A stretch of 64,000 nucleotides of DNA. Origin: Leptospirales bacterium. Its GTDB lineage: Bacteria; Spirochaetota; Leptospiria; Leptospirales; Leptonemataceae. This document shows positions 1 through 8,941 of this stretch, in pieces (positions within the stretch are counted from its first letter, which is position 1; each line of letters opens with the position of its first letter). The notes below the pieces were generated by a model that saw only the letters and a list, made by a program, of their open reading frames with translations, searched no databases and was not told where the DNA came from. Location: positions 1-64,000 of the forward strand of contig JAEUSB010000009.1 of NCBI GenBank assembly GCA_016788865.1, read 5' to 3'. The position numbers and the translations under genes were made by a program.

Positions 1-22
1 GCTCGCATTCTCACCTGGACCC

Positions 23-412
23 ATGTGGATGTGGCCTGCTCTAATTGTATCGATTTTGCTCGGCGCGATGGGACAGATTCTCATGAAAATCGCCATGAAG
101 CAGGCCGGACCTATTCCCATTGATGGGCCTATACTTGATATTTTTTACTATTTTCTGCACGCCGGCCTTTCGCTTCCTTTGATTGGTGCTGGTATCTCCT
201 ACGGGCTCAGTTTCCTGCTATGGCTGGCTGTCTTGAGTGTGGCAGACCTTAGCCTGGCACGTCCCATCATGTCCGCCGGTTATTTGCTAACTCTGGTGTA
301 TGGTATTTTTGCCGGCGAGGATGTCGATGCAACGCGAATCATAGGCACGCTACTTATTGTGGTTGGAATTGCCTTTGTGGTTAAGAGCGGGCTTGGGAAG
401 GTAAGTGGATGA
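23..412 (+). CDS. Small 4-TM membrane protein, DMT/SMR-like (EamA/ArnE-like)
   Basis: 129-aa ORF that is hydrophobic throughout with about 4 predicted TM helices. The size and topology are typical of small multidrug-resistance / ArnE-ArnF-type DMT proteins. Confidence 0.55.
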   Translation: MWMWPALIVSILLGAMGQILMKIAMKQAGPIPIDGPILDIFYYFLHAGLSLPLIGAGISYGLSFLLWLAVLSVADLSLARPIMSAGYLLTLVYGIFAGEDVDATRIIGTLLIVVGIAFVVKSGLGKVSG

Positions 413-1434
413 AAGCAGCAGTACTGGAAAAGGGCGCTAGAAAACTGGAAATTCGGGACGTTGTGCGACCCGAGCTGCAACCAACTCAGGTTCGCGTCCA
501 GATCAAGGCCTGCGGCGTTTGCGGGTCTGATGTTCACCTGGTTTTACACGGGACAATGCCGGCCAAGTCCTATCCGCGAATCCCGGGACATGAATCATCC
601 GGAATCGTGCTTGAATGCGGAAGCGAAGTCACGAAGTTCAAAGCAGGAGATCACGTTGTTGTCGGTGCCGGTACCAGCTGTGGCAAGTGTCCGGCCTGTC
701 TTCGGGGGCGAGAAAATCTCTGCCCTGAAGTTGGTGTGCTTGGCTTTGACGCAGACGGTTCGTATGCAGAAGAAGTAGTGGTACCCCAGCGCTCACTCGC
801 TGCGATCCCACATGACTTCGCGTTTCCGCAGGCCGCCATCCTTGCCGATGCTGTCTCCACTCCCTATCACGCATTGCGTTTCGCAGGAGCATTGATTCCC
901 GGAGAAACAGTTGCTGTATTTGGATGCGGTGGACTCGGGATTCACGCTGTATTGATCGCGCGGGCCCTGGGTGCGCGGGTCTACGCTCTCGACGTAGACG
1001 AAGGGGCTCTTGCTAACGCTGAAAAAGCGGGCGCACATGAGATCATTGATTTGAAGGGGAAGGTAAACGCAGGCAAGGTTCTCAAAGAGAAGGGTGGAAT
1101 TGATTTGCTGGCCGACTTCTCCGGGTACTATAAGAATATTGAAGAGTCGATTCGTGCCATGCACCCCGGGGGAAGAATGATCATGGTTGGGATTGGGCGG
1201 GATGCCTTGAAGATTGGAATTCCAGCCGCACTGATTTTCAAGCAGATTCACATTTGCGGATCCTACGGATCTGATCAGCGCGCGCTCCCGGAGTTAATTG
1301 AGCTCGTCAAGAGTGGAAAACTCGATCTGTCCGGGTCCATCACGTCGCTTCATCCCCTGGAAGAGGCGCAGTTATGCCTGGAAAATCTGGAAAATCGAAA
1401 CGGAAATCCCATTCGGTTTGTGCTAACGCCATGA
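409..1434 (+). CDS. Zinc-dependent alcohol dehydrogenase family (medium-chain dehydrogenase/reductase; sorbitol/threonine dehydrogenase-like)
   Basis: 341 aa. It has a CGVCGSD structural-zinc motif, a GHESSG catalytic-zinc motif and a GxGxxG Rossmann motif (FGCGGLG). The start overlaps the upstream ORF by 4 bp. Confidence 0.85.
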   Translation: MKAAVLEKGARKLEIRDVVRPELQPTQVRVQIKACGVCGSDVHLVLHGTMPAKSYPRIPGHESSGIVLECGSEVTKFKAGDHVVVGAGTSCGKCPACLRGRENLCPEVGVLGFDADGSYAEEVVVPQRSLAAIPHDFAFPQAAILADAVSTPYHALRFAGALIPGETVAVFGCGGLGIHAVLIARALGARVYALDVDEGALANAEKAGAHEIIDLKGKVNAGKVLKEKGGIDLLADFSGYYKNIEESIRAMHPGGRMIMVGIGRDALKIGIPAALIFKQIHICGSYGSDQRALPELIELVKSGKLDLSGSITSLHPLEEAQLCLENLENRNGNPIRFVLTP

Positions 1435-1626
1435 GCATTGGGACCTGAGTCTAAAAATTTCCGCGGGATTTTTTTTTGCCTGCGAAGGGCATTGGGTTAG
1501 GCTGTTTGTTGGCCGATCTTCGTTCGGAGGGGAAAATGAGTTTCAAACTGTTTATGTCACTATCCTTTTGTACTGTGCTGCCTACCGGGTGCACAAATTC
1601 TTGACAACGGAATTCAACCCCCTTCC

Positions 1627-2502
1627 TTGAATGAAATGAGCCGAGAAATTGAGAACCTACTTCTCTCGCTTTACGACTGTAAGGACGAAAAAGAGTCAAC
1701 GTACCTGACTCGCTCGCTCTTCCGTGCTATACCGCTCGGCCATCATCCAATGCTCTATGTTGAACGCGTAAAGAATCCGGCGGTTCGCTGGGGTCTGCGC
1801 CACGTTCTATTCCCATCACTTTCGGATTTAAAAATTCGACATGATCTCAAAGAGCTGTTGAATCGAAGCAAAGACGATGGTGAAATTGATCTCGAGATGG
1901 GGGCCTTTCTCATCGCTCGTGCTGCAGAGGAAAGCGACGTCGTCCCGGAAGATCTCACACAGCGATTGGATTCACTGGCCAAGCCCCTCGCATTTGCGCT
2001 GAAATACGCAGCCGGTAATCCGGAAGCGCGTATGCAAATTTTCCGCTACTACATGTTTGATAAACTGGGCTTTCGCGGCAACGCAGCAGACTACTATGAT
2101 CCGGACAACAGTTTCATCACATCGTTGTTGCGGACGGGCAAAGGTATTCCTGTGACCATTTCGGTTCTGTGTATCCTGCTCGCGCGACGGGTTGGTTTGC
2201 CAGTGTATGGAGTGAACATGCCCGGCCATTTCTTGCTTACGTTCCGCGAAGGAGGACAGTCCTGGTTCATGGATCCATTTGATCAAGGAGCCATTCTGAG
2301 CGAAGAGGCCTGCCTGCAATTTCTCTCGCGTCAAAATTTACCTTCGGATTCGGTATACCTGAAGGCAGCAGAAAACATAACAATCTTGAAGCGCATGTAT
2401 CGTAATCTCATTCACATCCACTCTTCACGCGGCAATCGAGAACAGGAGCGCGCTCTCAGGCGGCACTTGTTCATACTCGAGAATGCTGGTGCTGCGCCTT
2501 GA
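1627..2502 (+). CDS. Transglutaminase-like / SirB1 (UPF0162) family protein
   Basis: 291 aa. The central segment (RTGKGIPVTISVLCILLARRVGLPVYGVNMPGHFLLTF) resembles the transglutaminase-like core of the YchA/SirB1 family. The C-terminus is TPR-like. Confidence 0.55.
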   Translation: MNEMSREIENLLLSLYDCKDEKESTYLTRSLFRAIPLGHHPMLYVERVKNPAVRWGLRHVLFPSLSDLKIRHDLKELLNRSKDDGEIDLEMGAFLIARAAEESDVVPEDLTQRLDSLAKPLAFALKYAAGNPEARMQIFRYYMFDKLGFRGNAADYYDPDNSFITSLLRTGKGIPVTISVLCILLARRVGLPVYGVNMPGHFLLTFREGGQSWFMDPFDQGAILSEEACLQFLSRQNLPSDSVYLKAAENITILKRMYRNLIHIHSSRGNREQERALRRHLFILENAGAAP

Positions 2503-3446
2503 AGCGGCTATCTTCAGCCGTACCGCTCAAACAAGTAGAAGCTAAGCTCGGCAAGATCATCGGGGAAGACCTCCCCATCTTAAAGAAAATCAAAAAGTAC
2601 ACAATCGAAGGTGGTGGCAAACGCATTCGACCACTGACGCATTTCTACACGCTGCGAATGCTGGGCTCCGAGCACAAGGAATGGGTCGATGTGGGTGCAA
2701 TAGGCGAATTGATCCACAATGCCTCCCTCTTGCACGATGATGTTGTTGATAAATCAGACTTGAGACGAGGGAAACCATCAGCGCCCGTACTGTTTGGGAA
2801 CAAGACGGTAGTCCTTGCCGGCGATTACCTGCTCGCCTGCGGATTAAACCATCTTTCAACGCTCGAGCAGAGCAAGGAGTTGTTGGTTATTTTTTCGCGC
2901 ACCATTCGCTTGCTGAGTTCGGGTGAATTGTTGCAAATGGAATGGGAAGGAAACCTGAAGACCACAACCAAGACGTACGAGCAGATCATATACTGCAAGA
3001 CTGGTTGTTTGTTTGGAGCTATGACTGAGTCTGCGGCACTTCTGGCCAGGAAATCGAGCAAGGAGATCGCTGCGTACAGGCAGTTTGGCGAGCGGCTTGG
3101 CCGCTACTTTCAAATTCGGGACGACTACATTGACTATTTTGCAGATGCAAAGGATTCCGGAAAGACAGAGATGCAGGATTATGAACGCGGCCTGATTACA
3201 TGGCCTGTTCTCAAGTTATTTGAGGCCGGTGGTTCAAAAGCACGCGGGGCTATCACACGTATATGGAAAGATCGGACGGCGAATTTGCCGGACATGCTGC
3301 GTTTGATGGACGAGCTCCAATTGAAATCCCGCCTCAGTCGAGCGCTCGAAACGGAGCTGAATCATTTGCTTGCGTTCGCAGAGAAGCATCCGCCTTCCGC
3401 CTATCGTGATACCCTGGCTTCCACTTTAGCTGCATTGCGCGTCTAA
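2499..3446 (+). CDS. Polyprenyl (octa/heptaprenyl) diphosphate synthase, trans-isoprenyl diphosphate synthase family
   Basis: 315 aa. The first aspartate-rich motif is LLHDDVVD and the second is FQIRDDYID, the canonical DDxxD pair of trans-prenyltransferases. It overlaps the upstream gene by 4 bp. Confidence 0.85.
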   Translation: MKRLSSAVPLKQVEAKLGKIIGEDLPILKKIKKYTIEGGGKRIRPLTHFYTLRMLGSEHKEWVDVGAIGELIHNASLLHDDVVDKSDLRRGKPSAPVLFGNKTVVLAGDYLLACGLNHLSTLEQSKELLVIFSRTIRLLSSGELLQMEWEGNLKTTTKTYEQIIYCKTGCLFGAMTESAALLARKSSKEIAAYRQFGERLGRYFQIRDDYIDYFADAKDSGKTEMQDYERGLITWPVLKLFEAGGSKARGAITRIWKDRTANLPDMLRLMDELQLKSRLSRALETELNHLLAFAEKHPPSAYRDTLASTLAALRV

Positions 3447-3488
3447 GGTTTTCTTTACAACTGGATTCGCTTTTTCAACCTGACCCCG

Positions 3489-4754
3489 ATGAATCGGGTC
3501 AGACCTTTGCTGCTTGTCCTGGGTATTCTGTTCGCTTCGGTGGTTCTGGCTGAATTCGCTCTGCGTGTGCTCAGGCCCGTTTCCCTTCAGTATTATTACG
3601 ATCTTAAGCGTCTGCATGCCTATCATCCTGACTACCTCGTTGCGCTTGCACCAAATGAGGATCGCGTAATCAAGCATCACCAGGACCTCTGGACCGGACG
3701 ATTTACAACCAATTCTCTGGGGTATCGTGGAAGCAAAGACCCGGATGATCGGCCCGTTCTGGCCTGTCTTGGAGATAGCCTCGTTATGGGTTTTGGCGTT
3801 TCCGACGAGGATACATTTTGCGCTCAACTCGATGGATCCGTTCTGGGTGGAAAAAATCATCAGGCCATGAATCTTGGCGTGGACGCATTCGGCTCTGTGG
3901 GCTTCCAAAAGCGCCTAACGGAAGCAGCGGACAAGTTGAAGCTCTCGACAGTTCTGCTCTTTGTTTCTCCTAACGATTTTACAATGCCTCCGGAGTTGGA
4001 AAAGCGCGGGGTGAAATCGGATGACGTAATTGATCAAGAGCGCCGGGATAATCCAGAGTTGCTGAAATATTTCCGTATTCAATTTGAACTGACTCGATTT
4101 TCTTACCTGTTACATGCTTCCAAACTTTCAAGCGAACAGCTTATCCTGGAGGCCAAAACCAGGCGGAATTCGATTCGCACCAACCTGATTCGCGCAGGCA
4201 TTGTCGCACCTGGTCCAGAAGAGACCACAAGATCAGAAGGCTTTGGACGCTACATTGCCAATCAATTCTATTCTTTCCCACCGCACAAGACCTGCGAGCC
4301 AACCAGTGTCAGCTCCTGGAGTTGCCCGGAGCCCATTCCGGAATATATCAAGGGCAGCTGTCAGGATAAACCTCCCCTGGCATCGGACCTGGCACCCCTG
4401 CCGGCAATCACACAAGAGTCTTATCTGAAGATGATTGAGTTATCAAAGGAAAAGAAATTCAAGCTCATTCCCATCTTCTTACCTGTTCAAGTCGAAGAGC
4501 TCTACTGTGGCATGCATGGAAAGTCACATCCATTGCATGACTATGCGGTTAGGGCAGCTGCATTCTTTGCCAGGCATAATGTTCCGACTGTCGATATGAA
4601 CACTCATATTAAGGATATCTGCGGTCTGCCCACGCCCAAAATTTCCGATCAGGTCATTCCCGGTGACGGTCATCTGACCGTTTCAGGAAACAATTGGGCC
4701 GCCAGGGCCATCCAGGCAGAATTGAAGAGGATGGATTTGAACCGTGCTTTTTAA
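3489..4754 (+). CDS. Signal-anchored SGNH/GDSL-type hydrolase-like protein (AlgJ/DltD-like partner of the downstream MBOAT)
   Basis: 421 aa. An N-terminal TM or signal segment is followed by a GDSLVMGFG block that fits the SGNH block I. It ends 11 bp inside the MBOAT gene, which suggests translational coupling. Confidence 0.5.
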   Translation: MNRVRPLLLVLGILFASVVLAEFALRVLRPVSLQYYYDLKRLHAYHPDYLVALAPNEDRVIKHHQDLWTGRFTTNSLGYRGSKDPDDRPVLACLGDSLVMGFGVSDEDTFCAQLDGSVLGGKNHQAMNLGVDAFGSVGFQKRLTEAADKLKLSTVLLFVSPNDFTMPPELEKRGVKSDDVIDQERRDNPELLKYFRIQFELTRFSYLLHASKLSSEQLILEAKTRRNSIRTNLIRAGIVAPGPEETTRSEGFGRYIANQFYSFPPHKTCEPTSVSSWSCPEPIPEYIKGSCQDKPPLASDLAPLPAITQESYLKMIELSKEKKFKLIPIFLPVQVEELYCGMHGKSHPLHDYAVRAAAFFARHNVPTVDMNTHIKDICGLPTPKISDQVIPGDGHLTVSGNNWAARAIQAELKRMDLNRAF

Positions 4755-6171
4755 TTCAGTCCATTTCCTTGTATTCGCGCCAATCGTAATTGGCCTGGTC
4801 TTTTTCATCCCACAGAAATGGCAACGATGGTGGCTTTTGGTAGCAAGCTTCTACTTCTATGCCGTCGCAAATGTCTCTTTTGTGATTCCACTGTTTCTCT
4901 GCATCTTCATTACGTATGTCTTTGTCCGCTGGATGGTCTCGACATCCAACCAGGCTATTCGACGTTTCACCCTGATTTGCGTGATTGTTGGAAACCTGAG
5001 CATCCTGTATTTTCTGAAATACATGGACCTTTCCTTCTGGGCCTGGAATCACATTCTGGGTCTGCGACCATGTGATCCATTTTATGCGCATGCCTGGGGA
5101 ATGATTCTGCCCATGGGTATTTCATTCTTCACCCTCATGGCGATCGGCTATGCCGTTGACGTGTACAAGGGTTTTGAGGGCAGACGCAGCTTCCTTGATA
5201 CGGCTCTGTTCCTGAGTGTGTTTTTCCATTTGGTGGCGGGTCCGATTCTGCGCGGTCGTGATCTTATTGATCAATTCAAGGCTAAGATTGTCTTCTATCG
5301 TGAGAATCTGGAGGAGGGCCTGCGACAGATATGTCTCGGTATCGTTAAGAAAACGTTCCTGGCAGACAATATCACACCGCTCGTTGATAAAGTCTTTGCG
5401 CACCCTACGGAGATGCACTGGATTTCGCTTCTAATGGCGGTGTTCCTGCATGCATTTCAGATCTATTGCGATTTTTCGGGCTACTCTGACATAGCGATTG
5501 GTTCTGCACGAATCATGGGTTTTCGTATTCCTGAAAACTTTCACCGTCCATTTCTTTCAACCAGCATGACTGAGATGTGGCGCCGCTGGCATATTTCATT
5601 CTCAAGCTGGGTCAGGGATTATATTTACTTTCCACTTGGTGGGTCGCGTGTTTCTCCGCCGCATGCCTACTTCAACCTGTTCATCACAATGTTCGTGAGC
5701 GGCGTATGGCACGGCCCAACTATGAATTTTGTGCTCTGGGGAACCATGAACGCGCTCTGGTTGGTGCTTGAAAAATTCTTCTTCTCATTTGCGCGCATCC
5801 GAAACGCATACGATGCGCTACCGGCTGTTTTGCGGATCACGTACGTGATGGCGGCATTCTCCCTTGCGCTCTTCTTCTTCCGCGCGCGGACTGTCGTCGG
5901 ATTTGATAGTGAGATGGAAGTTGGCTATTACATGCTAAAGCGTGCCTTCTCAATGGCCGACGGAACGCTGATTCTGCCGTCCGCTGGTCTCGCGCTCGGG
6001 ATTGCGGGCCTCTGGATTACGGAGATATTTCTTGAGAAGAATGAGAACGTATTCAAACCTCTCTGGGAAAGGAAAACTCTCTGCGCCGTTGGTGCAGGAA
6101 CGTTGTTCATCGTCAGTTTTTGTATCTATGCCGTGACCACGAACGCACCATTTCTCTACTTCCAGTTTTGA
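4744..6171 (+). CDS. Membrane-bound O-acyltransferase (MBOAT; AlgI/DltB-like)
   Basis: 475 aa polytopic membrane protein. The conserved MBOAT region includes WRRWHISFSSWVRDYIYFPLGG and an invariant His in VSGVWHG. Confidence 0.85.
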   Translation: MLFNSVHFLVFAPIVIGLVFFIPQKWQRWWLLVASFYFYAVANVSFVIPLFLCIFITYVFVRWMVSTSNQAIRRFTLICVIVGNLSILYFLKYMDLSFWAWNHILGLRPCDPFYAHAWGMILPMGISFFTLMAIGYAVDVYKGFEGRRSFLDTALFLSVFFHLVAGPILRGRDLIDQFKAKIVFYRENLEEGLRQICLGIVKKTFLADNITPLVDKVFAHPTEMHWISLLMAVFLHAFQIYCDFSGYSDIAIGSARIMGFRIPENFHRPFLSTSMTEMWRRWHISFSSWVRDYIYFPLGGSRVSPPHAYFNLFITMFVSGVWHGPTMNFVLWGTMNALWLVLEKFFFSFARIRNAYDALPAVLRITYVMAAFSLALFFFRARTVVGFDSEMEVGYYMLKRAFSMADGTLILPSAGLALGIAGLWITEIFLEKNENVFKPLWERKTLCAVGAGTLFIVSFCIYAVTTNAPFLYFQF

Positions 6172-6342
6172 GTTTTCGGTCGAGTCCAGGCCGGTGGCGG
6201 CAACGCGCTTTGGGTTGCTCTGACATCGTTGGCGCGAATGCATCACCCCAGTCTATCATACCGTGCAAGTGTGACACGTTTCGCTTGACTGCGACTAGAA
6301 TTGTGATACTGGCCCAGGCGAGGCAGCCCGAGGGGACGTGCC

Positions 6343-6415
6343 GTCGCGCAAATAACTCTAACCCACCTCCGCAAAGGAAGTCCACCCTCACAGGGGGCGG
6401 GCGAGGTGTGCCCGC
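6343..6415 (+). repeat. Repeat family copy C1 (short form): 5' box GTCGCGCAAAT..., 3' box GTCCACCCTCACAGGGGGCGGG
   Basis: It aligns over about 70 nt with 8363-8445. A potential 9-bp stem (CCCACCTCC/GGGGGCGGG) shows a compensatory U-G pair relative to copy C2. It lies 3' of the permease gene. Confidence 0.6.
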
Positions 6416-6437
6416 GGCGCCTGGAGAGTTGTGCAGA

Positions 6438-8084
6438 TCAGGTACGGCTCAGGTTTCGCAGCGCAGATTCGTCTGCCCGAGTAGGGCCATGGAAGTGCTT
6501 TCGCGAGTAGGCGAACCAGTAGATCGTCAGAAGGATGATCAGCCCGATCATGGACCAGAAGACCAGTTCGTTAGGCGGAAGGACGAACACCACGGTAATC
6601 AGTGCAACCCAGAGAATTGCTACGATGTTGATGATGGGACCAAACTTCTTCATGGTCCACGGCGCATTTTCAGGCGTAGTAAACTCGCCATTTGACTTCA
6701 GCTTGTTTCGCAAGTTCAGTGCAATCGGGATTACATATGCAATGTATAGCGCAATCGTGCTGATCGAAGTGACGACGAAATATGCTGCAGCATACAGGCA
6801 GATCAGGATTGCCAGGATGCTCGTGATCACAATAGACCAGACTGGCGTGCGATACTTTGCATGGATGCGCTTGATCTGCGCGCTTCCTGGCATGCCTTCG
6901 TCACGCGCAAACGCATACCACATACGGCCCATGGAAGTGATGGAAGCCAGGCCGCAAAGCCACATAGCGCCCCCAATGATCACTGCGATCAGGTTGGCAA
7001 AGAATGGTGAAAGGTTTCCATATACGATGAACAGTACGGGAGTTACGTCATTGGCCGTCGCCACTACGTCGCCATTTGGTATGCACCACGTTAATACAAG
7101 GAGCATTATATATCCAACGATCATCGAGATTCCCACAGAGAGGAAGACACCCCAGGCGGAGTTCAGTCTGGCCATGACCGTTTCTTCTGCGACGTGCGCG
7201 GAAGCGTCGTATCCAGTGTATGTCCATTGTGCCTGTAACATTGCCAGCAAGAATACTAGCAAGAAGGGCGCACCATTGTAGAGTTCCTTTAGGCCAGGAA
7301 TCATGAATAACGGCGATGCGAATTTGAAATCACCGATGACAAGAGCCGGCGCGATGTTGCCCTGGGAAATTTCCGCAGACGACGCGTCGAGTGGACTTAC
7401 TACAGTCCCGCTTTGCATTAGAAATGAGGCCGGATTATGGTGTTGCCCGAAAATTGTGAGCAACAGTGCAATAATGACAACGCCACCGATGTGCCACCAA
7501 ACGCTAAAGTCATTCAATCGAGCGGTGAGTTTGATTCCAAATACATTGATCAGCACCTGAGGTACCATGATCAATACCATGACAAGGATCTGGAAATACC
7601 AGTTTTGCACCGAGCCGAATACGGGAATCGAAACGTCGGGGGCTATGCCAAAGATTCTAAGGGTTGCGCCGATGATATATATGGACGCGGCTGCGTTAAT
7701 GCCAGCGGTAACCGTTACCTGGCCGAGCATGTTGAACCATGCAGTAATCCAGGCCCAACCCTTACCACCGAGTCTGTAGGCCCAGAAGTAGAGCCCGCCT
7801 GCTGTTGGATACATTGAAGCGAGCTCTGCCATGCTGGCTGCCACGCAAAGCGTGAACAGACTGACGACAGGCCAACCGACTGTATTGATAATTGGCCCAG
7901 CGAACTTCAGTCCATAACCATAGAGCAGTACAGCGCCCGTCAGGATGGATATGATTGAAAAGCTAATTGCGAAATTGGAGAATCCTCCCATTTCGCGCAA
8001 CAGCTGTTGTGCGTAACCCAGCTTGTGTAAGTCCTGGCTGTCGCTCTGTATGATTTGTTCGCGCGTTTGCTTTTTATCTGGCAT
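6438..8084 (-). CDS. Amino acid permease (APC superfamily)
   Basis: 548 aa with about 12 TM helices and composition typical of the amino acid/polyamine/organocation family. The opposite-strand ORFs across this span are spurious. Confidence 0.85.
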   Translation of the reverse strand: MPDKKQTREQIIQSDSQDLHKLGYAQQLLREMGGFSNFAISFSIISILTGAVLLYGYGLKFAGPIINTVGWPVVSLFTLCVAASMAELASMYPTAGGLYFWAYRLGGKGWAWITAWFNMLGQVTVTAGINAAASIYIIGATLRIFGIAPDVSIPVFGSVQNWYFQILVMVLIMVPQVLINVFGIKLTARLNDFSVWWHIGGVVIIALLLTIFGQHHNPASFLMQSGTVVSPLDASSAEISQGNIAPALVIGDFKFASPLFMIPGLKELYNGAPFLLVFLLAMLQAQWTYTGYDASAHVAEETVMARLNSAWGVFLSVGISMIVGYIMLLVLTWCIPNGDVVATANDVTPVLFIVYGNLSPFFANLIAVIIGGAMWLCGLASITSMGRMWYAFARDEGMPGSAQIKRIHAKYRTPVWSIVITSILAILICLYAAAYFVVTSISTIALYIAYVIPIALNLRNKLKSNGEFTTPENAPWTMKKFGPIINIVAILWVALITVVFVLPPNELVFWSMIGLIILLTIYWFAYSRKHFHGPTRADESALRNLSRT

Positions 8085-8361
8085 GTGTCTTGTTCGATTC
8101 GCCGCACCTTCCTGCCAGTAAAAAAATGAAACGGCCTGAATTTTGGGGTGGAATCCGGAAAATTTGGCGAAGGTCGTTGCGACGAATCTAAGTCCTTGGG
8201 TCTAGCCGCGTTAGGCGATCTTGCATGGATGGCTGCTTAATTTGCGAGCATTCTGAATCCTTTTATGTTCGTGATACTGCGTGTTTTCCATGTGTTAACC
8301 GCACCGGCTATCGCTCTTGACATTTCGCGCATCTCATGATATGCATGGCCGCCGCGCCAGC

Positions 8362-8672
8362 TCCCGATTCGCTTCGCGCAAGACCTCTTTGCCCACCCCC
8401 GCTAAAGAAATCCACCCTCATGGGGGTGGGGTAGATGTGTCCGGGGGGGATCGTGTTTGATGCGCCTCCTCAGGCCCCCCACATCCTTGACAAACGCGAT
8501 GCACACCGCCGAATCCGTCCGGGAAGAGTGGCTTAAGTATCGCCTGTGTTCGGACGTTCCAGTCCTGCGGTGCTCTCGGCTTCAGTTAGTCGGGAGTATG
8601 CCGGCGACCTGCTGCGCTCTTCCCTCAAGGACCTGTGGGTCGAGGGTTCGAATCCCTCATCGGGAAACCGAT
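8362..8672 (+). other. Candidate structured non-coding RNA with a tRNA-like T-arm, in tmRNA-like geometry; identity unresolved
   Basis: There is a canonical T-arm at 8642-8658 (GAGGG-TTCGAAT-CCCTC). It is followed by ATCGGGA, whose exact complement TCCCGAT sits 300 nt upstream at 8362-8368. Alternatively ATCGG-GAAA-CCGAT forms a local tetraloop hairpin. No G3:U70 pair and no convincing tag ORF are present, so the tmRNA assignment is not secure. Confidence 0.25.
8363..8445 (+). repeat. Repeat family copy C2 (short form)
   Basis: The 5' box TTCGCTTCGCGCAAGACC matches the 5' box of the long copies at 26.04 and 40.53 kb. The 3' box AAATCCACCCTCATGGGGGTGGG contains a perfect 9-bp stem, CCCACCCCC...GGGGGTGGG. 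Confidence 0.6.
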
Positions 8673-8941
8673 TAGCTCAGTGGCAGAGCGACAGGCTGCT
8701 AAGGTGTGGCGAGCCTCAAATTGCCAAAAGGGGAAGAGTCAGTCTTTCCGGCGAAAGCAACGGATCGTGCGTCTTGCGAACTGCGGATACCGCCGAACTG
8801 TGCCAGATCGTTTCTTCCGGGCTCGAGCGGTCACTGGATCGCAAGACCCCGGAAGTTCCTCGCTCAGCACACCGGCTCAAGCAAGCTCCCACTCACGGGC
8901 CGGGGAAATTCTGGCTCTTCTCTGCATTTCAGGAGTGATCG

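Noticed and set aside
6120-6695. 191-aa plus-strand ORF overlapping the 3' end of the permease gene and repeat C1
   Set aside because: Its Arg/Gly/Pro-rich translation runs through the repeat element and antisense to a well-supported APC permease. It is a GC artefact.
8362-8672. Confident call of this span as ssrA/tmRNA
   Set aside because: The acceptor stem lacks the G3:U70 identity pair, the 5' end is T not G, no CCA is encoded, and no frame yields a tag ending in AA-stop. It is kept only as a low-confidence candidate.
8659-8735. Possible conventional tRNA starting at the D-arm-like TAGCTCAGTGGCAGAGC
   Set aside because: No complementary anticodon stem can be formed (ACAGG versus GGTGT) and no downstream T-arm exists. 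It is not a canonical tRNA.
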